Below, in pieces: positions 9,795 to 18,333 of a stretch of 64,000 bases of DNA; within the stretch, counting starts at the first letter, position 1; every line of letters begins with the position of its first letter. The notes under the pieces were generated by a model. That model ran no database searches, was not told the origin of the DNA, and saw only the letters and a program-made list of their open reading frames with translations. Made by a program: the position numbers and the translations under genes. This DNA is from Steroidobacteraceae bacterium. GTDB taxonomy: Bacteria; Pseudomonadota; Gammaproteobacteria; Steroidobacterales; Steroidobacteraceae. The stretch lies in the NCBI GenBank assembly GCA_035997505.1, contig DASYIN010000011.1:14770-78769 (forward strand), read 5' to 3'.

Positions 9795-10317
9795 TCGGCG
9801 TAAAACCAAGTGCGGCCGCGACCGCCTTGAACAGCAGCAATCCGACGAAGGCAACGGCGTTGACATAGAGGATGTACAACACAACGGGTGCCGCGAAATC
9901 CGCGCGGCTGCCCGCGGGGCTGAGTAGAAAAAGGGCTGCCTCGTAAGCGACGAATGCGATGATAAATGATCCGATGGCTCTTACCGTGGTCGCCACGTTT
10001 CGCAGCGCCCTCTGCGCAAGCAGGGACGCCATCGTGGATAGCAGCGCGGCAATGCCGAGATCGATGCCGCCGCGGTAGCAGTCCCAATTCAGCGGATAGT
10101 GGAGCAACCCAAAACCAATGGCTTGGTTGGCAAGCCAGTTGACCGCAATCAAAACGAAGGCGTCTCGACGGGGCAAGAATAAAGCCGCCAGCGCTGCCAG
10201 CGCGGCGAAGGGAGTGCCGCAAGCCAGGCCTAAGGTGCTCGCCACCGTGAGGAGGGTCAAGACGCCGCCCCACGCGAAGCGCTGCGCCAATTGCGTATCC
10301 GGTTGCTTAAGTGTCAT
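9745..10317 (-). CDS. small 6-TM membrane protein in the btuB operon; candidate BtuM-like (ECF S-component-like) cobalamin transporter
   Basis: ATG at 10317 lies 28 nt after the btuB stop and is preceded by GAGGAA. 190 aa with six hydrophobic helices. The longer track ORF (to 10512) would overlap btuB. The last ~17 codons overlap the 3-prime end of frmB on the opposite strand. Confidence 0.6.
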   Translation of the reverse strand: MTLKQPDTQLAQRFAWGGVLTLLTVASTLGLACGTPFAALAALAALFLPRRDAFVLIAVNWLANQAIGFGLLHYPLNWDCYRGGIDLGIAALLSTMASLLAQRALRNVATTVRAIGSFIIAFVAYEAALFLLSPAGSRADFAAPVVLYILYVNAVAFVGLLLFKAVAAALGFTPIKYDAAVPRGEANART

Positions 10318-10345
10318 GGTTTGATTCCTCGGGTAGGGCCGGCGT

Positions 10346-12289
10346 TCAGAACTTTGCCTTGATGCCGGCGAATGCGCCCAGCGTCGGCTGATCGAAGGCA
10401 TCCGGATTTTGATAGTGCCGATTGAGCAAATTGGTGGCGCGCGCGGTAAGCGCCCAGTGGCTGCTGAGATCGTAGACCGCAGCCAGATCCACCGTGGTGT
10501 AGCCGGGCGCATTTAGCCGCGGAATCGAACCATCCCGGTTGGTATCCACCCGGGAACCGACCGATAACACGGTTGCGTTCAGCGAAAGCCTGTCGGTCGC
10601 CTGCCAATTGGTAATCAGACTCTCTTTGTTTTTCGGCCGGCGCAACAATTCCAGCCGGGTCGTCTCGTCCGTGGCCTGCGTGTACGTATAGTCCAATCTA
10701 AAGGTCAGCGTCGGTATCGGCTGGTAAGTCACGAAGCTTTCGACGCCGTCGGTCTTTGCGCGCCCGATATTGGTCCACGTGGAGAAGTCCGCGCTGCTGG
10801 TGATGAGATCCTTGATGTTGATCCGAAAGTACGTCATGCCGAAGCGCAGGCTGTTCTTGAACAGTGCCTGCTCGAATCCGGCGTCCCAGCCCAAGTCCGT
10901 TTCAGGTTTTAAGTTCGGATTCGCAAAGAAGAAGAAGTCCGGAAAACTCTGAAACAACTCGACCAACGTGGGCGCCTTGAAGCCGGTACCGATGCTCGCT
11001 TTGATCTTGGTGCCGGTGTCGGCGATGAGATATTCCGGGGCGAAGCGATAGGTTACCTTGCTGCCAAATCGATCGTTGTCATCGTATCGAACGGCCAACG
11101 TGTCGTAGAAACCGTCCAAGAAGTTCGACTGCAATTCGACATAGCCCGAATTGATGTTGGTGCTCGCGGAAATCGGTGTTGTAATCGAATCATGCTGGTG
11201 TTCGGCGCCCAAAACCAATTTCTCATTGGCGGGGAGAGTCACGATGCCCTGCCAGTCGAATTTCACGCGGGCGCCGAAGTTGTCCGTCTCGGACGGTCCA
11301 TCGGGACTGAAGTCGTAGGATTTGATGTTGCTGTAGGCGGCGCCAAGCGTTTGGTCTAAAGCTCCGCCGAAGCTCACCAAGTGAGCGGTCGCGCGGGTGT
11401 AGTACTGCTTCGTATTCGAGTCGCTCTGCGCGGTGTCGGGGATTGTCGGGAAGAAGGCGAAATTATCCCCGGTAAATCGCAGGTGTGAATCCGTATAGCG
11501 CGCAACCAACCCGAGATCAAAGGTATCCGTGACGTCATAGCCCAGTTTCGTAGAACCGGTCAGGTTGTCGTAGTAATCGTTGATCCGCGGCTGCCCCGGC
11601 TGCAGATAATCGGACGGCGTGACCGGGGTCGCACCGGAGTGCAAGTGTTGGAAATTGACTGCATAGTGGAACTTATCGGCGGAACCGCTGACCCCCGCGG
11701 TCTGGTTGAAGGTGTCGAATGATCCAGCTTCGATACCCGCATTGAATTGCGCAGGCCCGCTGCCGCTCTTGGTAATCACGTTGATCACGCCGCCCACGGC
11801 GTCCGATCCGTAGAGCCCGCTTTGCGGGCCGCGCAAGACTTCCACCTTTTGGATGTCCTGGGTCAATAGTTGGCCGAAATCAAATGAGGAGTTGGAGCTG
11901 CTCGGATCGCCGACGTCGATACCGTCAATCAGCACTTTGGTGTGGTTCGGATTCGTGCCGCGCATGAACACCGAGGTCTGGCCGCCCGGCCCGCCCGTTT
12001 GAACGACATTCAATCCAGGTACTTCTTTCAACAAATCCGGCAACGTGCGAACCTGCCGTGCGGCGATTTCCTCTGCCGTAACGACCGTCACGCTGCTGGC
12101 AATTTGAAGTTCGGGCGTCGGTATGCGGGTTGCGGTGACCACGGTGGACTGCAACCCGCTCTCTTCGCCCGGGCTGGCGATGGAGGCACAGAATGGAATC
12201 AATAGCGCAATGCAAGCAGCGGCTACGCGAGTAGCGGCGGATCGAATGTTCAAAGCGGCTCCCCAGTGGCGACAAACCAAGGACCGCAT
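10346..12289 (-). CDS. btuB: TonB-dependent outer-membrane receptor, vitamin B12 transporter BtuB type
   Basis: Signal peptide, TonB box STVVTATR, plug plus beta-barrel pattern, C-terminal aromatic residue (...GIKAKF). Cobalamin riboswitch in the leader. The start could instead be the TTG at 12250, which has a GGGGAG RBS. Confidence 0.9.
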   Translation of the reverse strand: MRSLVCRHWGAALNIRSAATRVAAACIALLIPFCASIASPGEESGLQSTVVTATRIPTPELQIASSVTVVTAEEIAARQVRTLPDLLKEVPGLNVVQTGGPGGQTSVFMRGTNPNHTKVLIDGIDVGDPSSSNSSFDFGQLLTQDIQKVEVLRGPQSGLYGSDAVGGVINVITKSGSGPAQFNAGIEAGSFDTFNQTAGVSGSADKFHYAVNFQHLHSGATPVTPSDYLQPGQPRINDYYDNLTGSTKLGYDVTDTFDLGLVARYTDSHLRFTGDNFAFFPTIPDTAQSDSNTKQYYTRATAHLVSFGGALDQTLGAAYSNIKSYDFSPDGPSETDNFGARVKFDWQGIVTLPANEKLVLGAEHQHDSITTPISASTNINSGYVELQSNFLDGFYDTLAVRYDDNDRFGSKVTYRFAPEYLIADTGTKIKASIGTGFKAPTLVELFQSFPDFFFFANPNLKPETDLGWDAGFEQALFKNSLRFGMTYFRINIKDLITSSADFSTWTNIGRAKTDGVESFVTYQPIPTLTFRLDYTYTQATDETTRLELLRRPKNKESLITNWQATDRLSLNATVLSVGSRVDTNRDGSIPRLNAPGYTTVDLAAVYDLSSHWALTARATNLLNRHYQNPDAFDQPTLGAFAGIKAKF

Positions 12290-12422
12290 CGAGCTCAGGC
12301 GTTACGTGCTGAGCCCGCATTCGGACGCAGCTCTGCAGGCCTGCGTTAGCGCAGTCCACTCCGTCGCCACTAGGTTTTTTCCTCTCGCTCAGCACACCCC
12401 GGCTGGTCGATGGGCGACCACA

Positions 12423-12578
12423 ACAGGTAGGTTTCCTGGCTCGCGGCTTGGAGTCCGTCATCACCTTCCCGGGTTCTTCCACCCAGTGGTCTTCGATGAA
12501 GGCACACCGCTTACAGTTGCGGGGGCAGCCCGGGTATTTCACCCGAGTTCCCTTAAATCCCCATACAGGGGAACCTGT
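12423..12578 (-). promoter_or_regulatory. cobalamin (B12) riboswitch aptamer
   Basis: Minus strand reads ACAGGT...AAGGGAACTCGGGTGAAATACCCGGGCTGCCCCCGCAACTGTAAGCGG...AGCCAGGAAACCTACCTGT. This shows the conserved core, a B12-box-like element and a closing P1 (ACAGGT/ACCTGT). It lies about 130 nt upstream of btuB. Confidence 0.92.
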
Positions 12579-12707
12579 CGTGTTCGGCTACGTTGACGGA
12601 AAATCCTGCGTTGGTCAACTGCCCGGCGCACGGACCGGCAACGCCAGGGTCGCGTATCATCGGCCGCCTCTAGAGTTCAATGCGACATCGTCTCGACGGA
12701 GGGCCAA

Positions 12708-13625
12708 TTGAGAATCGTGTCGTTCCTGCCCGCAGCCACCGAAATGATTTACCTTCTCGGACTGGGAGACAAGCTCGTCGGTCGCAGCCATGAATGCGAC
12801 TTCCCGGACGAGGCAAGGAATAAACCGGTCATCGTGGACTGTGTGCTCGATTTGTCCGGGATGACCATGGCGCAAATCGACGTCGCGGTCAGTGCGCAGC
12901 TCTCTCGGGGGAACAGTCTCTACGCGGTAGATGAAGTCAAGCTACGGCAGGCAGCTCCCAGCCTTTTGGTGACGCAGAATCTGTGTCAGGTTTGCGGTCC
13001 CGCGGGCAACGAAGTCTCTCAAGTCATCAAATCCATGAGCGACGCGCCGAAGATCGTCTGGCAGACGCCACGTAACTTCGAGGAAATGCTGGACGCGCTG
13101 CGCACCTTGGGCGAGGAAACCGGCACTGAAGACAAGGCTCTCGAGTGGTCGACCGCAGCCGCCAAGCGAACCAAGCGAATTTCAACCGCGACCCAAGCGC
13201 TGCCTAAAGTGAGAGTGTCTTTTTTGGAGTGGGTCGATCCGCTCTACTGCGGCGGACATTGGATTCCACAGATGTTGGATTGGGCGGGCGCCGAGGATGC
13301 TAATTCCAGGGCCGGCACGGACTCGGTCCGGATTGCCTGGGAGCAGGTTCTCGACCATCGACCCGAGGTTGTCCTGATAGCGCCCTGCGGCTTCAAAACC
13401 CGTGATGCACTGGTGCAGGCCACCTTGTTGACATCACGACCAGGTTGGAACGATCTACCGGCGGTTAGAAGTGGAAGAGTCTACGCCGTGGACGCCAACG
13501 CATATTTTGCCCGCCCGGGCCCGCGCCTTGTCGACGGTGTCGAGCTGCTGGCTCATTTGGCGCACCCCGAACATTTTTCGTGGTCGGGCCCACGCGATGC
13601 CTACTGTGCGGTATCGGGTTCCTAG
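12708..13625 (+). CDS. BtuF-like (TroA-fold) cobalamin-binding protein without signal peptide
   Basis: TTG start with a GGAGGG RBS 5 nt upstream. N-terminus RIVSFLPAATEMIYLLGLGDKLVGRSHECDFP is typical of the BtuF / class III periplasmic binding protein fold. No upstream in-frame start is available for a leader peptide. Confidence 0.75.
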   Translation: MRIVSFLPAATEMIYLLGLGDKLVGRSHECDFPDEARNKPVIVDCVLDLSGMTMAQIDVAVSAQLSRGNSLYAVDEVKLRQAAPSLLVTQNLCQVCGPAGNEVSQVIKSMSDAPKIVWQTPRNFEEMLDALRTLGEETGTEDKALEWSTAAAKRTKRISTATQALPKVRVSFLEWVDPLYCGGHWIPQMLDWAGAEDANSRAGTDSVRIAWEQVLDHRPEVVLIAPCGFKTRDALVQATLLTSRPGWNDLPAVRSGRVYAVDANAYFARPGPRLVDGVELLAHLAHPEHFSWSGPRDAYCAVSGS

Positions 13626-14743
13626 CGGACCAGAACCAACGGTTCAGAAGTGATGCGGCCGTCGAAGTCCGTCCACACATGCTGCGCGAAATCGTACAGC
13701 TTGCAGCGGCGCACCGTGTTCCAGTAGTAGCGCCATGTGAACACTTCGGAGTTCAGCCTCTCGTCGAGGGTCGCGGCCAGTTTCGCCTGGGCTTCCTTCA
13801 GACGGTACAGCGGAATTCCCATGTTCACATGGTGTGCGCCGTGCTCGAGGATGTAGTGGATCAAACCGTCGAGCGGGCGAATGAGTTTGATGTGCACCGT
13901 CGTCGTTGCATAGCCCGCGTTGGCGGTCCATTGGTCGCGCCGCTCATACCAGGCCACCCGCGGGTGCGTGTGCTGCACGTAAATCACGAACCCCATGAGG
14001 CAGTTCCAAATGCAGAATGGGATGACGAAACCGAATATCAGCAGCGACCAGATCGACCTGCCGCTGTAGATGCCCCACACAACCAGGCCGCCGACCCACA
14101 GGGCGCCGAAGCCGGCCACCAACAGGCTGTCCCAGGTGTAGCTGATGCGCCGCGTGGAAACGTGCTTACGGCCCGGGAAAAATAATTTCTTCCACCACAT
14201 TTCGATCATGTAGTAGACGCCCTGGCCGAAGCCGCTGCGATAGATGCGTTCCAGCAGCCGGCGTATTCCGGGCAGCTTTGCAAATTCCGCGGGCGAGTAG
14301 GGCGTCCAGACGTAGTCGCGCCCCTTCAAATTGGTGAAGCCATGATGCGCGAGATTGTGGCCGATCTCCCAGAGGCTGAACGGCGTCAGCGAGGGCAGGA
14401 AAGCGATTCGGCCGATCCATTTGTTCAGCGTCTTGTTCGGCGTATAGGAGCCATGGCAGGCATCGTGACCGATGACGAACAATCGGGCGATCCAAAGCGC
14501 CGCCACCAGGGAGGCAAAAACCTTGATCCACCAGGACTCCACCACCAGCAAACTGGCGATCGCCGCACCGAGAACCAGCCAATCGAGCAGGAACCAAATA
14601 ACCGGCGTCGCGACGCCCGGCTTCAAAGCAAAAGGCTGCAATAATTTTTGAAACCGAAAGCGCGATTTATCCGGCGGCAATGGCGCCGCAGTGGCAGGCT
14701 TGGGCTGCGAAATGTCTGTGGAAGGTACCGGAGGTGTTTGCAC
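13622..14743 (-). CDS. membrane fatty-acid desaturase family protein
   Basis: Three histidine boxes (HDACHGS, HNLAHHGF, HGAHHVN) and multiple TM helices. Confidence 0.85.
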   Translation of the reverse strand: MQTPPVPSTDISQPKPATAAPLPPDKSRFRFQKLLQPFALKPGVATPVIWFLLDWLVLGAAIASLLVVESWWIKVFASLVAALWIARLFVIGHDACHGSYTPNKTLNKWIGRIAFLPSLTPFSLWEIGHNLAHHGFTNLKGRDYVWTPYSPAEFAKLPGIRRLLERIYRSGFGQGVYYMIEMWWKKLFFPGRKHVSTRRISYTWDSLLVAGFGALWVGGLVVWGIYSGRSIWSLLIFGFVIPFCIWNCLMGFVIYVQHTHPRVAWYERRDQWTANAGYATTTVHIKLIRPLDGLIHYILEHGAHHVNMGIPLYRLKEAQAKLAATLDERLNSEVFTWRYYWNTVRRCKLYDFAQHVWTDFDGRITSEPLVLVR

Positions 14744-14817
14744 TCAATGCCCCGTTTGCACGTGGAAAGGTCAACTTCCTATTATACGCGGCCAGGGGCG
14801 CTACGCATTGACTTATG

Positions 14818-15387
14818 TCACGCGGTCTCCGCATCGGGCCACAGCAAGACCCCTAAATGCTCGCAAGCCTCAATCAGGGCCGTGGCAGCCTCGCGGGTAC
14901 TGGCATCCAGGCGTCTGTCATGGGTTAGCAGCCAGGTGAGCCTTGCCCGGCGAGAGCGGGCAGACGGGTCGCTGTCAAAAAGGGCCGGAAACAGGCCTAG
15001 CGCGTCGACGAATTCGCGCATTGCGGCCGTGGACGGGGCATTGGGCGAGGGGGTAAGCAGTAATTTCAACCAGGTGACGCATCGCTTGGCAAGCCCCGCG
15101 CGCGTCAGGCCGAGCCCCGTGCGGCGGCGCGATTCACCGTCGGCCAACGAGTCGGCGAGATTTCGATAGCGCTCCACGGACGACTCGTCCGCCGCCACCG
15201 ACGGGCTGGCGTCAGACAAAATGGCCCGCAGCACATCACCCAGCAGCAAGGAAAGTGATTCAGCCAGAAATCGCTGGCATTGTTCGGCATCCGGACGCGA
15301 AAGCTGATCCCAGGAGAGAGGTCCTCCTATTCGTCGGGCGTTCGGCGACTTAGACATGACTCCCAGTGTAGCGGCTCTATTGCCCAT
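14818..15387 (-). CDS. hypothetical protein (about 180-189 aa)
   Basis: Only long ORF here that fits the intergenic space. Same strand and 74 nt upstream of the desaturase. An alternative ATG sits at 15357. No recognisable motif. Confidence 0.45.
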   Translation of the reverse strand: MGNRAATLGVMSKSPNARRIGGPLSWDQLSRPDAEQCQRFLAESLSLLLGDVLRAILSDASPSVAADESSVERYRNLADSLADGESRRRTGLGLTRAGLAKRCVTWLKLLLTPSPNAPSTAAMREFVDALGLFPALFDSDPSARSRRARLTWLLTHDRRLDASTREAATALIEACEHLGVLLWPDAETA

Positions 15388-15486
15388 CGCAACTGTATAA
15401 AAGTGCGACGAATATCACTGACACATCAATTCTTCAAGAAAATACGCCTGCCGCGTTGTTCGCCACCGGCGCGCCGGAAAAATTTA

Positions 15487-16356
15487 ATGATTGACGATGT
15501 ATCATATTCGTTGTTGCAACCCAGATCACAACTCGCTCCCGGACAGTGCCACGCCTTGGCCCGAGGAGTGCGGCGCATCGTGGCCGGTAATGCCGGCATG
15601 ATGACCGGTCCCGGAACGAATACTTACCTGCTGGGCGAGCGCGAGATCGCGGTTGTGGATCCGGGCCCCGATGATGCGCGGCACTTGGACACGATTCTCT
15701 CCGCCGCGGGCGGTCCCATACGCTGGGTGGTGGTTACTCACACGCATCGCGATCACTCGCCGTTGGCCGCGGAACTCGCGCGGCGCACGCAGGCAATCCT
15801 CATTGGACTGCCGCCACCGCGTGATGGCCGGCAGGACGAAAGCTTCGCTCCGGAGAAGCAGCCGGCCGATGGCGAACGGCTGAAGCTGGGCGATACGGAA
15901 TTGATCGCAATCCGCACTCCCGGCCATGCATCGAACTGCGTGTGTTATTTTTTGCCGCAAGAGCGGTTGCTGATTACCGGCGATCATGTCCTGGAGGGCG
16001 TCTCGCCGGTCATCCTGCCGCCGGACGGCAACATGGCCGACTACTTGGGCTCGATCGACAAATTGTTCGCCTACGATTTCGAGAGAATTGCTCCCGGTCA
16101 TGGCGACGTCATGGATCAAGGTAAAAAAGTGCTCGAGGCATTGCGCGCGCACCGGCTGGCGCGCGAAAGCAAGGTGCTGCGCAATCTCGACAAATTGGGC
16201 GAAGCCAGCCTCGACAGCCTCATCCCCGTGGTTTACGACGACGTGGCGGCCGATCGGCATCAATGGGCTCGGTTGACGCTTCAAGCGCACTTGATCAAGT
16301 TGGTGCATGAGGGCCGGGTCAGTGAGCTGAACGGAATCTGGCGCCGCCAGCCATGA
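15487..16356 (+). CDS. MBL-fold metallo-hydrolase
   Basis: HTHRDH (HxHxDH) motif plus downstream His/Asp ligands. The internal ATG at 15487 gives a typical ~290 aa size. Confidence 0.85.
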   Translation: MIDDVSYSLLQPRSQLAPGQCHALARGVRRIVAGNAGMMTGPGTNTYLLGEREIAVVDPGPDDARHLDTILSAAGGPIRWVVVTHTHRDHSPLAAELARRTQAILIGLPPPRDGRQDESFAPEKQPADGERLKLGDTELIAIRTPGHASNCVCYFLPQERLLITGDHVLEGVSPVILPPDGNMADYLGSIDKLFAYDFERIAPGHGDVMDQGKKVLEALRAHRLARESKVLRNLDKLGEASLDSLIPVVYDDVAADRHQWARLTLQAHLIKLVHEGRVSELNGIWRRQP

Positions 16357-17867
16357 AGGCTCGACTTGGCGTCGCGCTGCGCGCCTTGAGCGTGCGGCGC
16401 GGCGCTAAATGGGTATTGCGCGACATCACGTGGCGGCTCAAGCCGGGCGAGCGTTGGGCATTGCTGGGCGAGAATGGCGCGGGCAAGACCCAGCTGCTGA
16501 AAATCTTGAGCGGCGACATCTGGCCCACGCCCACGCCAGCTGGTCCCGCGCGCCGCACCTACCTGGCGCGGCGCCACGCCGTGGACTTGATGGACGCGAA
16601 GCCGCGCATGGCCTATGTCGGCGGCGAGCGCCAGGACAAATATTCCCGCTATGAGTGGAATCTCTGCGTTCGGGATGTGGTGGCGACGGGACTCAAGCAG
16701 AGTGATCTGCTGCTTTCACCGCCGACCCGCGTAGAGGCCAGACGCGTGAGTGCGATGCTCTCCGAGTGCGGAATCGAGCGGCTGGCCCGGCGCAAATTCC
16801 TGTCGTTATCCTATGGCGAGAAGCGCCTGACCTTGTTGGCTCGGGCGCTCGGGCAGGACCCTGACTGGCTGTTATTGGACGAAGTCTATAACGGCTTGGA
16901 TGCCGACTATCGCCGCCGGGTCGACGGCGTGCTTGAAGCCGCGCGCGGGCGAGGACAGTCGTGGGTTGCGACCGCACATCGCGCGGCCGATGTGCCGCGC
17001 GGCACGCGTCGCCTGATCGAACTGGCCCACGGCCGCATCCGCGAGATCAAGCCCTTGCTGCGGGCGGACACGGCGCGCATGGCCCTGCACGCAGAAGAAG
17101 AAATGCCGTTGGACCCGCACAGGCCGCCGCGGCACGCGCCGCCCGCGCGAATCAAGCGCTCAGGCATCGTGCTGGTGCGGCTCATCGACGTCGACTTGTT
17201 CGTCGAATATCGGCCGGTGCTGCGCGCGGTGAATTGGCAGCTGCGGCGCGGCGAGCATTGGTCGGTGTTCGGCGCCAATGGCTCAGGAAAGTCCAGTTTC
17301 CTTAAGCTTTTGTACGGCGACTTATCCCCCGCGGCGGGCGGAAAAATCGTGCGCGCGGGTCTGGCCGCGGGTGCGCCGATATCCGACTGGAAAAAGGCTG
17401 TGGGCTACGTGTCGCCTGAATTGCAAAGCGTGTACGCGGTGGATGTCACGGTGTTGGAATTGGTTGCGAGCGGCCGCCACTCGAGCATCGGCCTTGCGGA
17501 GCCGATGACCGCGGCGGACAAAAGAGCGGCGCGGCGCTGGCTCAAGTTCTTCAAGCTGCTGAGCGTGGCCACGCGCCGGCCGCGCGAACTGTCGTATGGA
17601 CAATTGCGGCGGGCGCTCATCGCGCGCGCCATGACGGCGGATCCCCATATCCTTTTGCTGGACGAGCCGCTTACCGGCCTCGATCCCAAGCAGCGCGCGT
17701 CGATCAAGCGTTTGCTTGGGCGCCTGATGCAGCGCCAAATAACTATCGTTGCCGCCGTGCATCATGCCGAGGATCTGCCGCGCGGCATGACGCACGCATT
17801 GCATTTACATAAGCGGCAGGCGCGTTGCGAGGATTCCCATTCTGCGACGCAAGCGGCGGCAGGATGA
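16353..17867 (+). CDS. tandem-domain ABC ATPase without permease partner (ModF-like)
   Basis: ATGA overlap with the MBL gene. Two full ABC cassettes: GENGAGKTQ / LSYGEKRL / LLLDEVYNGLD and GANGSGKSS / LSYGQLRR / LLLDEPLTGLD. Confidence 0.85.
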   Translation: MKARLGVALRALSVRRGAKWVLRDITWRLKPGERWALLGENGAGKTQLLKILSGDIWPTPTPAGPARRTYLARRHAVDLMDAKPRMAYVGGERQDKYSRYEWNLCVRDVVATGLKQSDLLLSPPTRVEARRVSAMLSECGIERLARRKFLSLSYGEKRLTLLARALGQDPDWLLLDEVYNGLDADYRRRVDGVLEAARGRGQSWVATAHRAADVPRGTRRLIELAHGRIREIKPLLRADTARMALHAEEEMPLDPHRPPRHAPPARIKRSGIVLVRLIDVDLFVEYRPVLRAVNWQLRRGEHWSVFGANGSGKSSFLKLLYGDLSPAAGGKIVRAGLAAGAPISDWKKAVGYVSPELQSVYAVDVTVLELVASGRHSSIGLAEPMTAADKRAARRWLKFFKLLSVATRRPRELSYGQLRRALIARAMTADPHILLLDEPLTGLDPKQRASIKRLLGRLMQRQITIVAAVHHAEDLPRGMTHALHLHKRQARCEDSHSATQAAAG

Positions 17868-17919
17868 AGCATCGGCGCGCGAGACTGCATGCCTTCAAAT
17901 TCGGCATGGAAGAAAGATT

Positions 17920-18282
17920 ATGTTGCGTCTCACGTCAGCGGCTTGTTTTGCAGGGATGATGGTTCTCGCCGCGTGCAGCGGTTCCGGCTATGCCGTACGC
18001 CCGGTGCCGCGCATCGCCGCCGACACGGTCGGCAAGCCGGTGAGCGTACTGCAAGAAGCCTTCGGTGAGCCGCGCAAAATTGACAAGACCTCGACGAAAC
18101 TGGTCTATGTCTGGTTTCTGCCGCAAAAGCCCAAGGAGGGCGCGCCATCCGGGTTCCAAGGATGCGAAATGGAAGTCACCGTCGATGCGCGTTCACAGCG
18201 TGTTTTGGGATATTCCCTGTCGAACATCGGGTACTCGGCCTGCCGCGATGTACAACGGCGCATCCGCGTGGCGCAGCGCTGA
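17920..18282 (+). CDS. small lipoprotein, function unknown
   Basis: Lipobox MMVLAAC; 120 aa. Confidence 0.6.
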   Translation: MLRLTSAACFAGMMVLAACSGSGYAVRPVPRIAADTVGKPVSVLQEAFGEPRKIDKTSTKLVYVWFLPQKPKEGAPSGFQGCEMEVTVDARSQRVLGYSLSNIGYSACRDVQRRIRVAQR

Positions 18283-18333
18283 CAACGGCAAAGCGGTTTC
18301 TCGCTACAATACCCGGCTTCGCCTGATGGCGGA

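Noticed and set aside
9745-10512. 255-aa version of the membrane protein ORF
   Set aside because: The N-terminal 65 residues overlap the btuB 3-prime end and are Arg/Pro/Ser-rich. The ATG at 10317 has an RBS and starts just before the first TM helix.
12250-12270. Second copy of CCACTGGG near the btuB start, identical to part of the riboswitch B12-box region, as a possible anti-RBS element
   Set aside because: The two copies are identical rather than complementary, so they cannot pair with each other. I could not identify a convincing alternative pairing by eye.
11925-12596. ORFs 11925-12542 (minus) and 12123-12596 (plus) upstream of btuB
   Set aside because: They cover the btuB 5-prime end and the cobalamin riboswitch. 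The conserved RNA core explains this sequence better than coding.
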